Source of the DNA: an uncultured Candidatus Rokubacteria bacterium
Lineage (GTDB): Bacteria > Methylomirabilota > Methylomirabilia > Rokubacteriales > DASRDR01
Assembly (NCBI GenBank): GCA_963805625.1
Contig: CAWDVE010000016.1
Span: 352,001 to 416,000 of the forward strand
Length of the DNA: 64,000 bases
Direction: 5' to 3'
Shown: in pieces, positions 36,897-46,931 of the stretch
Layout of the letters: each line of letters starts with the position of its first letter
How positions within the stretch are numbered: the stretch's first letter is position 1
Made by a program: the position numbers and the translations under genes
The notes under the pieces: generated by a model
Databases searched by the model: none
Told to the model about the DNA's origin: nothing
The model's input: the letters and a program-made list of their open reading frames with translations, nothing else

Positions 36897-38895
36897 CAGA
36901 GCCTCCAAAGACCGGCACCCGGGCGTAGATCGTGGTGCCCTCACCAGGAGTCGACTCGATCGTGACCGTTCCGTCAAGCAGGGCCGCGCGCTCCCGCATC
37001 CCGTGGAGCCCCAGGTGCGCACGGGCGGCGGGCGTGCGAAGAGTCCCCTCGACGTCGAATCCGCAGCCGTCGTCCGACACGATGGCCTGGACCACCTCCC
37101 GGCGCCGCTGGAGCACCACGTTCGCGGTTCGGGCGCCCGAGTGCTTCGCCGCGTTCGTCAGGGCCTCCTGGATGATGCGGTAGAGGGCGGTCTCGACGGC
37201 GGGCGGCAGCCGCTCGAGACCGAAGCCCACCGCGCTCACCTCGACGGCGATGCTGCGCATCTGAGTGTGGTCGGTCGCCAGCTGGTCGACGGCCGGCACG
37301 AGGCCGAGCTCGTCGAGAACGCCTGGCCGTAGGCCGCGGGCAAGGCGACGGACCTCGTCGAGGGTCCGCGCCGTCACCCGGCGCAGCTCGGCCACCTGCT
37401 CGCGCACGGCGGCGAGACTCGGCGCCTCCGCGAGAGTGCGGAGCCCCACCAGGAGCGAGGTCAGCGACTGCCCCGTCTCGTCGTGGAGCTCCCGCGCGAG
37501 GCGGCGCTGCTCCTCCTCCTGGGCGGCGGTCACCTGCTCGAGGAGGCGCGCGCGGACCTCGGCATGACGGCGGCGCTCGGTGACGTCGTGGGTCACGACG
37601 GAGTACCCCACGAACCGTCCCTCCGAGTCGCGAACGGCCGTGGTGAGGCCCTCCGCCCAGAATCGGCTCCCGTCCTTGCGCACGCGCCAGCCCTCTTCGA
37701 CCGCGCGACCCTCGGTCGCCGCCCGCTCGAGCGTGCGCGCGGGGGCACCCTGACGGGCTTCCTCGGGGGGGTAAAAGCACGCCACGTGCTGGCCGACGAT
37801 CTCGTCCGCGGTGTAGCCCTTGAGGCGCTCGGCGCCGGCGTTCCAGCTCTCGACCCGCCCGGCGCGGTCGAGCATGTAGAAGGCGTAGTCACGCACGCCG
37901 TCGACGAGCAGGCGGAACCGCCCCTCCGCCGTCTCCGCGTCGTGTCGCGCGCGCTGCTCGGCTCCGAAGAGCCGCGCCCGGCCGATGGCGGTCGCGATCC
38001 GGTCCGCCACGAGCTCGAGGAGGCGGGCGTCGTCCGGGGTGAAGCGGCGCGGGGACAGGCTGCCGACGTGGACGACGCCGATCCCGCGGCCGTCGAGCAC
38101 CAGCGGGGTACCGAGGAGGGTATGGAGCCCCTTGGCCCGGAGGATCGGGCTCACCACCTCCGCCTTGCTGACGTCCTCGATTACCATCGTGGCGCCGCGG
38201 GCCGCGATCGTGCCCGCGATCCCGCGCGCGAACGGGATCCGCATGTCGAGCCTCACTTCCTCTTCGAGGCCGTGCGCCGCGCGCACGGCCAGCTCCGTCC
38301 CCTCATCGTTGAGCAGGAGGATGACGACCGTGTCGGCGGCCAGAGCCTCCCGGACCCGTCCAAGGAGCTCCGGGAGGAGGTCGTCCAGCCGCAGGTGCGT
38401 GAGGGCCGTGTCCGTCACGCTTTGCACGGCCCGGACCTGGTGCGCCGCCGCCTCGAGCGCCCGGCGCGCCCCCTGCTCGCTGGCGGCCAGGGTCTGCGCG
38501 CGCGACTCCGTGCGGCGGAGAACCTCGCACACGACGCAGATGACCAGCGCCTCCAGCACGAAGACCCCGAGGCGGGTGACGACCGCCGCGCTCAGCTGAG
38601 CGCTGTCGGCTCCCGCCCCCACGAGGGCCCTCACCCCGACGAACGCCCCCACGAGGGTGGTCAGGAGTCCGGGCCCGAGCCCTCCGTACCATGCGCTGAG
38701 CATGACCGCGCCGAGATAGAGCGGGAAATCGCCCCGGTCAACGTACGGCTCGAGGGGGTAGGACAGGAGCCAGGCGAGGCCGGAGGCCGTCGCGGCGAGC
38801 AGGTACTCGCGGGCGGTCTGCGAGGGCGTGCGCGCCCCCGGCCCCCCGTCGGAAGGAGGCGCCGCAGCTACCGGGGGACGTAAATATCCGGCCAC
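36865..38895 (-). CDS. Sensor histidine kinase (membrane domain-GAF-PAS-HisKA_3); start uncertain
   Basis: SAWYGGLGPG membrane motif, GAF, WNAGAERLKGY PAS, ARELHDETGQ, QEALTNAAKH. Confidence 0.9.
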   Translation of the reverse strand: MAGYLRPPVAAAPPSDGGPGARTPSQTAREYLLAATASGLAWLLSYPLEPYVDRGDFPLYLGAVMLSAWYGGLGPGLLTTLVGAFVGVRALVGAGADSAQLSAAVVTRLGVFVLEALVICVVCEVLRRTESRAQTLAASEQGARRALEAAAHQVRAVQSVTDTALTHLRLDDLLPELLGRVREALAADTVVILLLNDEGTELAVRAAHGLEEEVRLDMRIPFARGIAGTIAARGATMVIEDVSKAEVVSPILRAKGLHTLLGTPLVLDGRGIGVVHVGSLSPRRFTPDDARLLELVADRIATAIGRARLFGAEQRARHDAETAEGRFRLLVDGVRDYAFYMLDRAGRVESWNAGAERLKGYTADEIVGQHVACFYPPEEARQGAPARTLERAATEGRAVEEGWRVRKDGSRFWAEGLTTAVRDSEGRFVGYSVVTHDVTERRRHAEVRARLLEQVTAAQEEEQRRLARELHDETGQSLTSLLVGLRTLAEAPSLAAVREQVAELRRVTARTLDEVRRLARGLRPGVLDELGLVPAVDQLATDHTQMRSIAVEVSAVGFGLERLPPAVETALYRIIQEALTNAAKHSGARTANVVLQRRREVVQAIVSDDGCGFDVEGTLRTPAARAHLGLHGMRERAALLDGTVTIESTPGEGTTIYARVPVFGGSDGKDPDPHRG

Positions 38896-39959
38896 TGGTC
38901 GTTCCCTGGATGATGAGTCAGGCGGACGGCCTCGCTGACCGGACGGCCTATCTGCCAAACGAAGATCTCGTAGTCGGCGCGATCGTGCTCGTGGCCGCTC
39001 GCGGCCGCGCCCCAGACGAGCCAACGCCCGTCGTTCGAGACCCTCGGGAAGTACTCATGACTGTAGGCGCCCGGGAGATCCATGAACACGCCACGCGGAC
39101 GGCCGGGACCTCCGGTCACGATCTGGGTACCGCCATTCCCCTGGGCTTCCATCCACAGAAGCGCGTCCGTTCCCGGCACCCAGGTGATCTGGCAGGCCTG
39201 GCCCGGGGACAGACGGGTGACGGCCCGCGTGGCGAGGTCGACGACCGCCACACCGCCGTACTGGCGACTGCGGACGGTCACAGCCAGCCGCGCGCCGTCG
39301 GGGGAGAGCTCCGGGGTCTCCATGCCGCCCGCGATGCCCTCGGTCGTCGGGCCGTCCAGGAGGACGGATTCGCGGCCCGGGCTCCCGCCGCCCTCCCCGC
39401 TAAGGTCGAGCCGGATCACCTGCGCGCCTCGCAGGAAGATGATCGCGTCCCCGCCGGGGGTCCACTGGGGCGAGTATCCGTTCCGGGCGAGCAGCCGCTC
39501 GCCGGTACCGTCCACGTTGATGACGTACACGTCCCAAGCGGTGGGGTCACGCGGGGTAACGTAGTCCCGCTGGCTCCGCGTGAAGAGGATCCGCCGCCCG
39601 TCCGGCGAGAACCGCGAGAAGAACTCCACCTGCGGCGTGTTCGTGAGCCGCCGCACGGCCTGGGTCCGAAGGTCCAAGAGGTAGAGCTCATGGTTGCCGG
39701 TCCGATTCGAGGACCACACCACGAGCCCGCGGACCTGACGCGCGAGCGTGTCGACCGCGCCCCGCTCCGCTTGGGTCAGATCGGCCAGCCGGACCTTGCG
39801 GGGCACGCGGGGCGGGAACACGCTGGCCAGGAGCCGCTCCGGCAGGTTGGTCACCGTGGCCAACGAATGCGGCAGGTGCGGACTCATTGGGGGCAGGGCC
39901 AGCGCGCCACCGACGAGTGCGGCGATGGCGAGGCCGGCGACGATCAGCCGACGACGCAT
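38868..39959 (-). CDS. TolB-like PD40 beta-propeller protein
   Basis: WSSNRTGNHELY, FSPDG repeats, N-terminal hydrophobic segment. Confidence 0.82.
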   Translation of the reverse strand: MRRRLIVAGLAIAALVGGALALPPMSPHLPHSLATVTNLPERLLASVFPPRVPRKVRLADLTQAERGAVDTLARQVRGLVVWSSNRTGNHELYLLDLRTQAVRRLTNTPQVEFFSRFSPDGRRILFTRSQRDYVTPRDPTAWDVYVINVDGTGERLLARNGYSPQWTPGGDAIIFLRGAQVIRLDLSGEGGGSPGRESVLLDGPTTEGIAGGMETPELSPDGARLAVTVRSRQYGGVAVVDLATRAVTRLSPGQACQITWVPGTDALLWMEAQGNGGTQIVTGGPGRPRGVFMDLPGAYSHEYFPRVSNDGRWLVWGAAASGHEHDRADYEIFVWQIGRPVSEAVRLTHHPGNDQWPDIYVPR

Positions 39960-40090
39960 CCTTCTGCCAGTATCGCACGGGTACGAAGCGGGACTCGGCC
40001 GTGGCGCCGGCGGCATGGCCGAGGGACGTCGTGCGGCGCCCAGCCGCTCGGGAAGGCCGGAGGCGCCAGGGAACAGAGGCGACGATGCGC

Positions 40091-40591
40091 TCAGCTGGCC
40101 GGGCGGCGATAGTGTCGGCCGAGCTTGCCTTCATCGGCGACGGCGACGGGCTGCCAGTCCACCCACCGTTCGAGGTACTCCTCCACCGTTCGCGCCCCGG
40201 CCCAGAGCCGATACTCCGCGTCCGCGATGACCGACTCCGCCAGGCACGCATACTCCACGTACCCGTCCGAGCGAGCGAGGTCGAGCTCCATGAAATCGAC
40301 CGGCCGGAACGCGCGGACGTGGAGCACGGTCTCGCTCTCCGGCCCGAACCGGAACGCCTTCGCGATGTGGGGGAACGCGCAGACGAACCCGACGCCCTCG
40401 ACGCCGGTCCGCTTGAGCCCGGTGAGGACGGAGTCCCGTTCGCGACCGCACCGGTCCCACTCGTAGCGCTCGGGATGCTGCCGGCCCGTGATGTCGATGA
40501 GGTAGACCTTGAAGGCGTGCGGCCCGTTCTCGTAGACGGCGCGGCCCGCGGGCCGCGCGGCGTAGCCCTGGCAGGACTCGATGGGGTGCAT
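40091..40591 (-). CDS. Hypothetical protein
   Basis: 166 aa ORF with typical codon usage starting 3 nt after the metB stop. Confidence 0.7.
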   Translation of the reverse strand: MHPIESCQGYAARPAGRAVYENGPHAFKVYLIDITGRQHPERYEWDRCGRERDSVLTGLKRTGVEGVGFVCAFPHIAKAFRFGPESETVLHVRAFRPVDFMELDLARSDGYVEYACLAESVIADAEYRLWAGARTVEEYLERWVDWQPVAVADEGKLGRHYRRPAS

Positions 40592-40594
40592 CGC

Positions 40595-41848
40595 CTACAC
40601 CCGGTCCAGGGCCTGGTCGAGGTCGGCGATGAGGTCGTCGGCGTCCTCGACCCCCACCGCGTAACGCACCAGCGAGTCCCGGATCCCGATCTGGAGCCGC
40701 TCCTCGGTGGTCAGCTCGTAGAAGCTCATCAGCGCGGGCTGCTCGATCAGGCTTTCGACGCCGCCGAGCGACGGAGCGATCCGCGGGATCCGGCAGGCGT
40801 CCACCAGGCGGGACGCGGCGGCGAGGTCGCCCCGCACCTCGAAGGAGACGACGCCCCCGAAGCCCTTCATCTGGCGTCGCGCGAGGTCGTGCTCGGGGTG
40901 GCTCTTGAGCCCGGGGTAGTGCACGCGCTCGATCTTCGGGTGGGCCTCGAGGAAGTCGGCCACTCGCTGCGCGTTCTCGTTCTGGCGGGCCACGCGAAGT
41001 GCGAGGGTCTTGATTCCCCGGATGAGCAGATAGGTTCCGAGGGGGTCGGGGACGGCGCCGGTCACCGAGTGGAGGTCGCGGATCGCCCCCACCAGGTTGC
41101 GGTTTCCCAGGACGACGCCGGCCATCAGGTCGTTGTGGCCGCCGAGGTACTTGGTCGCGGAGTGGATCACGAGGTCGACGCCGAAGTCGAGCGGCCGCTG
41201 GTTGATCGGCGTCGCGAAGGTGGCGTCGATGACCGTCTTCACACGGTGACGGCGCCCGATCTCGGCGAGCCGCTCGAGGTCGACGACGCGGTTGTAGGGG
41301 TTCGTCGGCGACTCGCTGAAGACGAGGCGCGTCGTCCGGCGGATCGCCTCCTCCATCCGCTCGTAGTCACCTGCGCGCACCGTGGTGACCTCGACGCCAT
41401 ACCGGCGCAGCACCTGGTTGAGGAACTGCCGGGTTCGCCGGTACGCGTCGTCGGTCACGACGACGTGGGCCCCTTTGGAGAGCATCGCGAAGAGCGTCGT
41501 GGTGATGGCGGCCATGCCGCTCGCGAACAGGAGGCCCTCCTGGGCGCCTTCCAGGGCCGCGAGCTTCCGCTCCGCCACGCGCTGGGTGGGGTTGCCGTAC
41601 CGGCCGTACTCGTCACGCTCGACCCGGCCCTCGAAGTGGTCCGCGATCTCCCGGCTGTCCCGGAACGCGTACGTCGCGGTCTGGACGATCGGTGCCGTCA
41701 GCGCGCTGGCGAGCTTCTGGCGCGGCTCGCCGCCATGGACCGCCTGGGTGCTCGGGCCCGGCTCGCGGGCGAGCGCGGCGGCGGCCGGGGGCGCCGGCGC
41801 AGGCGGGGGAGGCGGAGCGGGATCCCGACGCTGTCGCGAGCTGGCCAA
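40595..41848 (-). CDS. metB: Cystathionine gamma-synthase (plant-like)
   Basis: YGRYGNPT, FSESPTNP, HSATKYLGGHND PLP lysine, SLGGVESL; TTG start after GGAGG. Confidence 0.88.
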   Translation of the reverse strand: MASSRQRRDPAPPPPPAPAPPAAAALAREPGPSTQAVHGGEPRQKLASALTAPIVQTATYAFRDSREIADHFEGRVERDEYGRYGNPTQRVAERKLAALEGAQEGLLFASGMAAITTTLFAMLSKGAHVVVTDDAYRRTRQFLNQVLRRYGVEVTTVRAGDYERMEEAIRRTTRLVFSESPTNPYNRVVDLERLAEIGRRHRVKTVIDATFATPINQRPLDFGVDLVIHSATKYLGGHNDLMAGVVLGNRNLVGAIRDLHSVTGAVPDPLGTYLLIRGIKTLALRVARQNENAQRVADFLEAHPKIERVHYPGLKSHPEHDLARRQMKGFGGVVSFEVRGDLAAASRLVDACRIPRIAPSLGGVESLIEQPALMSFYELTTEERLQIGIRDSLVRYAVGVEDADDLIADLDQALDRV

Positions 41849-41849
41849 A

Positions 41850-43199
41850 TCAGGCCTCCATGAGCCGCATCTTGTCCGCGTGCCGGCGGATCGCATCGTG
41901 CACGAGCCTGGCGTCGGGGCCGATCTCCAGGGGCCGGTTGGCGTGCGTGGACGGGAGCCCCGGAATCAGCCCCAGGTGGTATGCCGTCTTCTGCTCGGCG
42001 AACTTCAGCCCGTGGGCGGTCGAGATCACGACAACGCGCTCATTCGAGCGGATGACCTTCCGCTCTACCAGCTTCCGGAGGGCGGCCAGGGCGACGCCGG
42101 TGTGCGGGCAGTTGAACATCCCGGTCCGGTCGGCGCGGGCTGCCTCGTCGGCGAGCTCGGACTCGCTGGCCTGTTCGACGACCCCGTTGAACTGGCGCAG
42201 CACCTTGACGGCACGCTTGTAGCTGACGGGGTTGCCGATCTGGATCGCGCTGGCGAGCGTCCTCTCCGCGTGCACCGGGCGGAACGTCTCGAAGCCCGTC
42301 AGAGACGCCAGGTATAGGGGATTGGCGTTTTCGGCCTGGGCCACCGCGATACGGGGAAGCTTCTGGATGAGTCCAAGCGCCTTCATCATGAGGAAGCCCT
42401 TGCCGAGCGCGCTCGTGTTCCCGAGATTGCCGCCCGGGATGACGATCCAGTCCGGAACCTCCCAGTCGAACTGCTGCACGAGCTCGATGGAGACGGTCTT
42501 CTGGCCCTCGATGCGGAGACTGTTCATCGAGTTGGCGAGATAGATGGTGCGCTCCTTGGTGATCTCCTGGACCAGCGCCATGCACCCGTCGAAGTCCGTG
42601 TCCAGTGCGAGGACGAGCGCCCCGTTCGCCAGCGGCTGCACGAGCTGCGCGGGCGAGACCTTGTTGCGGGGCAGCAGAACCACGGCGGGGATCCCGGCGG
42701 CGGCGCAGTAGTTTGCCAGCGCGGCCGACGTGTCCCCGGTGGACGCGCAGGCGATTGCAGTGATTGAGTCCCCCTCCTTGATCATCTGCTTGACTACCGA
42801 GACCAGCACGGTCATCCCCAGGTCCTTGAAGGACCCGGTGTGGGAGTTGCCGCACTGCTTGACCCAGAGGTCCTCGACTCCGAGCATCTTGCCGTAGCGG
42901 TCCGCCCACAGGAGGTTCGTGCCTCCCTCGTAGGTCGAGACGATGCTCTCGTTGTCGATGAAGGGGACCACCCACTCCTTCTTGCCCCACACGCCGGACC
43001 CGTAGGGGAACATGTTGCGCCGGTAGCGGTCGTCGAACAGCTGCATCCATGCCGCGGCCGACCGGCGCCGGAGAGGCTCGAGGTCGTGGACCACGTCGAG
43101 GAGGTCGTTGCACGTGGGACAGCGGTAGATGATCTCCAGCAGGCTGTACCGGCCGGGGCAACCGTTGACGCACTCGAACCAGGCGCTGTACTCGCTCAT
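41850..43199 (-). CDS. thrC: Threonine synthase (plant-like)
   Basis: [42 protein letters not shown]. Confidence 0.93.
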   Translation of the reverse strand: MSEYSAWFECVNGCPGRYSLLEIIYRCPTCNDLLDVVHDLEPLRRRSAAAWMQLFDDRYRRNMFPYGSGVWGKKEWVVPFIDNESIVSTYEGGTNLLWADRYGKMLGVEDLWVKQCGNSHTGSFKDLGMTVLVSVVKQMIKEGDSITAIACASTGDTSAALANYCAAAGIPAVVLLPRNKVSPAQLVQPLANGALVLALDTDFDGCMALVQEITKERTIYLANSMNSLRIEGQKTVSIELVQQFDWEVPDWIVIPGGNLGNTSALGKGFLMMKALGLIQKLPRIAVAQAENANPLYLASLTGFETFRPVHAERTLASAIQIGNPVSYKRAVKVLRQFNGVVEQASESELADEAARADRTGMFNCPHTGVALAALRKLVERKVIRSNERVVVISTAHGLKFAEQKTAYHLGLIPGLPSTHANRPLEIGPDARLVHDAIRRHADKMRLMEA

Positions 43200-43384
43200 G
43201 ACACACCCTCTCGGGAATCGTCGAACTGTCCTATCGTCCCACGGGGGGGTGGGCTGGCTCAACCGTCGCCAGGTGTCCGGCGCCCGTCCGCTGGCCGGGG
43301 GGGCCTGTGTTGCCCGACCCTGGGGTGGGCGGTAGACTTTACCCGCCGAATAGAGCCTTGCCCGCCAGGGTCTAACGGAACGCG

Positions 43385-43948
43385 ATGATAAGCCCATATT
43401 GCTGGCTGATCCGCCGCCAACTGGATGCCTACCAGGACGGCGAGCTCCCCGCCGAGGCCCGGATCCGTGTCGGAGCGCATCTCCCGGGCTGCGAGCCGTG
43501 CAGCCGGCAGGTCGAGGCGTTAGCCCGGCTCCGGACCGCCTTGGCGCTCGACGCGGCCGACCCCTCCGAGGCCATGTGGACGGCCTTCTGGCCCCAGGTG
43601 CGTGCCCGGATCGCCGCGCCCACTCCTGCCCCGGAGTCGGTCTGGAAACGGGTCTGGGGGGCAGTGCGGGTCCGACCCCGGCTGGGACTGGCTCCGGCGC
43701 TGGCAGCGGCCGCCCTCGCCGTCCTCGCGATGGTGGCCCCCTGGCAGCGAGCACCCCAGCACACGCCCTCCCCAGCATCTGTCGCCGGTGGGCTGGAAAC
43801 GGCGAGTATCCAGCCGGCTGGCCTGGATCACGTGGTCATCCAGTCGATCGAGACCGAGGATCCCGACCTCCCGGTCATGGTCTACGCGAGCCCGGAGTCG
43901 GACGTCACCGTGCTCTGGGTCTTCGGACTCCCTCGGACCGACACCTAG
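43385..43948 (+). CDS. Zinc-binding anti-sigma factor-like membrane protein (zf-HC2)
   Basis: [15 protein letters not shown] (HxxxCxxC), one TM segment. Confidence 0.8.
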   Translation: MISPYCWLIRRQLDAYQDGELPAEARIRVGAHLPGCEPCSRQVEALARLRTALALDAADPSEAMWTAFWPQVRARIAAPTPAPESVWKRVWGAVRVRPRLGLAPALAAAALAVLAMVAPWQRAPQHTPSPASVAGGLETASIQPAGLDHVVIQSIETEDPDLPVMVYASPESDVTVLWVFGLPRTDT

Positions 43949-43978
43949 AGGGGCCGAGGCCCCCTCCCCAGCCGGACT

Positions 43979-44827
43979 TCAGCGCTTCCGGATCCGGGCC
44001 AGCTCGTCTTTGGCCTGGGCCGCCTCTTCCGTGGACGGGAACTGGTCCACTAGGAACTGGAGGCGGGCCTCGGCCAGCTCCAGCTGGCCGAGCTCACCCA
44101 GGGCCAAGGCCTCCTTGTAGATCGCGGCCGGAACCCGGTCGCCCCGGGGATAGACGATCACCACCCTGCGGAACTCCTGGACCGCTCGCTCGAGCTCCTG
44201 GACCGCTCGGTCCGCTTCACCTCGGGCCTGGTGGGCTCGCGCCAAGCTGAAGTGGGACTCGCCGATCCAGTACTGGGCCTTCTCGGTGAGGGCGGTGCCG
44301 GGGTAAAGCCGCACGTACTCCCGGAACGCCGCGATCGCCAGGTTGTAGTGCCCCCGCGTGAAGTCAATGTAGGCGGTTTGGTAGAGGTCACTTGCCTGGC
44401 CGCCGGGCGTGGTCGGGCGCTGGGCGATCGTCGCGGGCGCGGGCACCGGCTGGGCGCCGCCGCTGCCCACCGGGGTCCCGACCGCCTCGAACTGGAGCGC
44501 CAGCGTGTCGATGCGGCGCCGCAGCTCGTCGACCCGGCCCTGAAGCTGTCCCGCCTCGCGCCCGAGGTCGTCGAGGCGCGTGCCCAGTCGCGCCACGCTC
44601 CTCTGGACCTCGGTCAGGGTCTGGATTGTCCGGCGATCGGTCGCCTGGATCTCGGTCAGGAGAGCGGAGCGGCTTCCCTGAACCTCCTGCTCCACGCGCA
44701 GGAGATCAACCCGGAGCCGGTCAAAATCCTCGTGGAGGAGGGGGGCGGCCTCCGGAGCGCACCCTACGAGCAGGGCGATCGCCCCGGCCACGGTGGTCAG
44801 CCGGCCCCCCGGCCTCCACGACGTCAC
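43979..44827 (-). CDS. cpoB: Tol-Pal-associated TPR protein CpoB/YbgF
   Basis: Lipobox, coiled coil, AQYWIGE TPR; last gene of the tol-pal operon. Confidence 0.88.
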   Translation of the reverse strand: MTSWRPGGRLTTVAGAIALLVGCAPEAAPLLHEDFDRLRVDLLRVEQEVQGSRSALLTEIQATDRRTIQTLTEVQRSVARLGTRLDDLGREAGQLQGRVDELRRRIDTLALQFEAVGTPVGSGGAQPVPAPATIAQRPTTPGGQASDLYQTAYIDFTRGHYNLAIAAFREYVRLYPGTALTEKAQYWIGESHFSLARAHQARGEADRAVQELERAVQEFRRVVIVYPRGDRVPAAIYKEALALGELGQLELAEARLQFLVDQFPSTEEAAQAKDELARIRKR

Positions 44828-44835
44828 TCGGCAGG

Positions 44836-45549
44836 CTACTGCTTGACGAGGAAGTGGGCCCGGCGGTTCTTAGACCAGCAGCCTTCGACCTTCTCCGTGC
44901 AGGTCGGCCGCTCCTCGCCGTAGCTGATGACCGTGATCCGACCCGCATCGATGCCGACCGACACAAGATAGTCGCGGGTCGCCTTCGCCCGCCGCTCCCC
45001 GAGCGCGAGGTTGTACTCGTTGGTTCCGCGCTCGTCCGCGTGCCCTTCGATCAGGAGCAGCGCGCTCTCGTTGCTCTTCAGCCACTTGGCGTTCTCGTCG
45101 AGGGTGCCCTTGTCGCCGGTCCGGATGTCGTACCGATCGAAGTCGAAGTAGACGTCGCGGAGCGCAGCGCTCTCCACGAACTCCTTCGGTGACGGCAGAG
45201 ACGGGATCGTCGTGCCGGTCGCTGCCGCGCCGCCGGCGCCCGCTCCGCCCGCCCCGGCGCCCGCGCCGGCCGCGCCCGCGCCACCGGCGCCCGTGCCGCC
45301 CGCCCCGGCGCCCAGGCTGCCGGCCGAGCCGGGCCCGCTACCCATCGCGCCGCCCGCGCCCGCGCCGCCGGCCCCGGTGCCGGCGCCGCCCGCCCCGCTA
45401 CCCGTCCCGCCCGACACGGTCGGGCCCGCTCCACCGCCGGGTCCGGTCCCGGCCTGTGGCGCCGGCTTCTTCGGACACCCCGTCAAGACCACGGATGCGG
45501 CGAACAGCGCGAGCACGGTGAACGTCGTCTGCCAGGGTCTCCGAGTCAT
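44836..45549 (-). CDS. pal: Peptidoglycan-associated lipoprotein Pal
   Basis: LTGC lipobox, VYFDFD, IEGHADERGTNEYNLALGERRA, SYGEERP, NRRA. Confidence 0.96.
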   Translation of the reverse strand: MTRRPWQTTFTVLALFAASVVLTGCPKKPAPQAGTGPGGGAGPTVSGGTGSGAGGAGTGAGGAGAGGAMGSGPGSAGSLGAGAGGTGAGGAGAAGAGAGAGGAGAGGAAATGTTIPSLPSPKEFVESAALRDVYFDFDRYDIRTGDKGTLDENAKWLKSNESALLLIEGHADERGTNEYNLALGERRAKATRDYLVSVGIDAGRITVISYGEERPTCTEKVEGCWSKNRRAHFLVKQ

Positions 45550-45586
45550 ACCACGCTCCTTTCGCTAGGGGGGGTCCGTCGAGGCC

Positions 45587-46930
45587 TCATTGTGGGCGCG
45601 GCGACCACGTTGGGCTGGACGCCTCACCCCGGTCTCGGGTGAGAGGCTGCTGCTCGGTGCCGTCGGCCAACATCGTGTAGAGCTGAGTCCGGCCGCCGCG
45701 GGACGACGAGAACACGATGTGGCGACCGTTGGGCGCCCAGGAGGCCGCCTCGTTGCTGCCGTTGCCCTGAGTCAGGGCGCGGGCGTTTGAACCGTCGGGG
45801 CTGATGGCCCAGAGGTCGAACCCACCGGACGTCCGGCGGGTGAAGAGGATGGTGTCCCCCCGGGGCGACCACCGCGGCTGCGTGTCATACGAGCCTCCGA
45901 ACGAGAGCCGCCGCGCATTCGTGCCCTCGGCGCTCATCACCCAGATCTGGGGCGATCCGGAGCGATCCGAGGTGAAGGCGATCTCGCGACCGGTGGGCGA
46001 CCAGGACGGGTCCGTCTCGATTCCACGGTTGTTCGTGAGCTGCCGGAAGTCCGAGGTGCCAACGCGCAGTGAGTAGATGTCCGGATTTCCACCCTTGGAG
46101 AGGGTGAGCGCGATGAGGCGACCATCCGGTGCCCACGCGGGGGCCGTATTGATCCCCGGCCAGGCGGACATGAGCTCGGGCTCCTGCCCGCGCCGCCGCG
46201 GGTTGAATGGGTGGAGCCGGAAGAGGTACGGGTACCCCTTGAAGAACGAGGTGAACGCCACCGATGAGTCCGTGGGGCTCCACGCCGGCGACAGGGACGT
46301 GCTGCGGAGGTTCGTGAGCTGGGCCTGGTTGAATCCATCGTAGTCGATCATCACGAGCTCTTTGTTCGCGCCGACCTGTGACACGTACGCGATCTTCGTC
46401 TCGGCGATGCCCCGCTCGCCGGTGAACTGGTACACGACCTCGTCGGCGATCCGGTGTGCGAGCCGCCGGTGATCAGCCAGGGGCTCCACCCAGAACATCT
46501 TGGAGGCGATCAGTCGGAACTCGGGGTTCGTGAGGTCGTAGAGGCGGAACTCGATGGTGAGGCGCTGGCCGTCGATCCGCATGAGCCCGTGCATTGCGGC
46601 GTGAGCCCCGGCCTGCTGGAGGCGCGCGAACTCCTGCTTGATGCCGTCCTGCGCCGCAGGCAGGGCAGGAGTGTTGGCGACCGCGAAGAGCGCCGAGAAC
46701 CTGAGGTCGTTGCCGATGATCTCCGGCACGCCCCGCGCGAAGTTCCCCTCGTCCGGCACCGACGTGAGCCGGGTGAACTCGGGAATCGCGATGCCCAGCT
46801 TCTTCGACCCGCCCTGGGTGACGTTGAGGAAGACCTCGACTCCCTGGGACTGGAGACGCGCGGGCGCTGCCAGCAGGGCGAGCCCGAAGGCCGCCAGCAA
46901 GAGCAGTAGCGCGCATCCCGGCCTTCTCAT
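45587..46930 (-). CDS. tolB: Tol-Pal beta-propeller protein TolB
   Basis: AHRIADEV, TKIAYV, DYDG, PAWSP/PSWSP repeats. Confidence 0.95.
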   Translation of the reverse strand: MRRPGCALLLLLAAFGLALLAAPARLQSQGVEVFLNVTQGGSKKLGIAIPEFTRLTSVPDEGNFARGVPEIIGNDLRFSALFAVANTPALPAAQDGIKQEFARLQQAGAHAAMHGLMRIDGQRLTIEFRLYDLTNPEFRLIASKMFWVEPLADHRRLAHRIADEVVYQFTGERGIAETKIAYVSQVGANKELVMIDYDGFNQAQLTNLRSTSLSPAWSPTDSSVAFTSFFKGYPYLFRLHPFNPRRRGQEPELMSAWPGINTAPAWAPDGRLIALTLSKGGNPDIYSLRVGTSDFRQLTNNRGIETDPSWSPTGREIAFTSDRSGSPQIWVMSAEGTNARRLSFGGSYDTQPRWSPRGDTILFTRRTSGGFDLWAISPDGSNARALTQGNGSNEAASWAPNGRHIVFSSSRGGRTQLYTMLADGTEQQPLTRDRGEASSPTWSPRPQ

Positions 46931-46931
46931 G

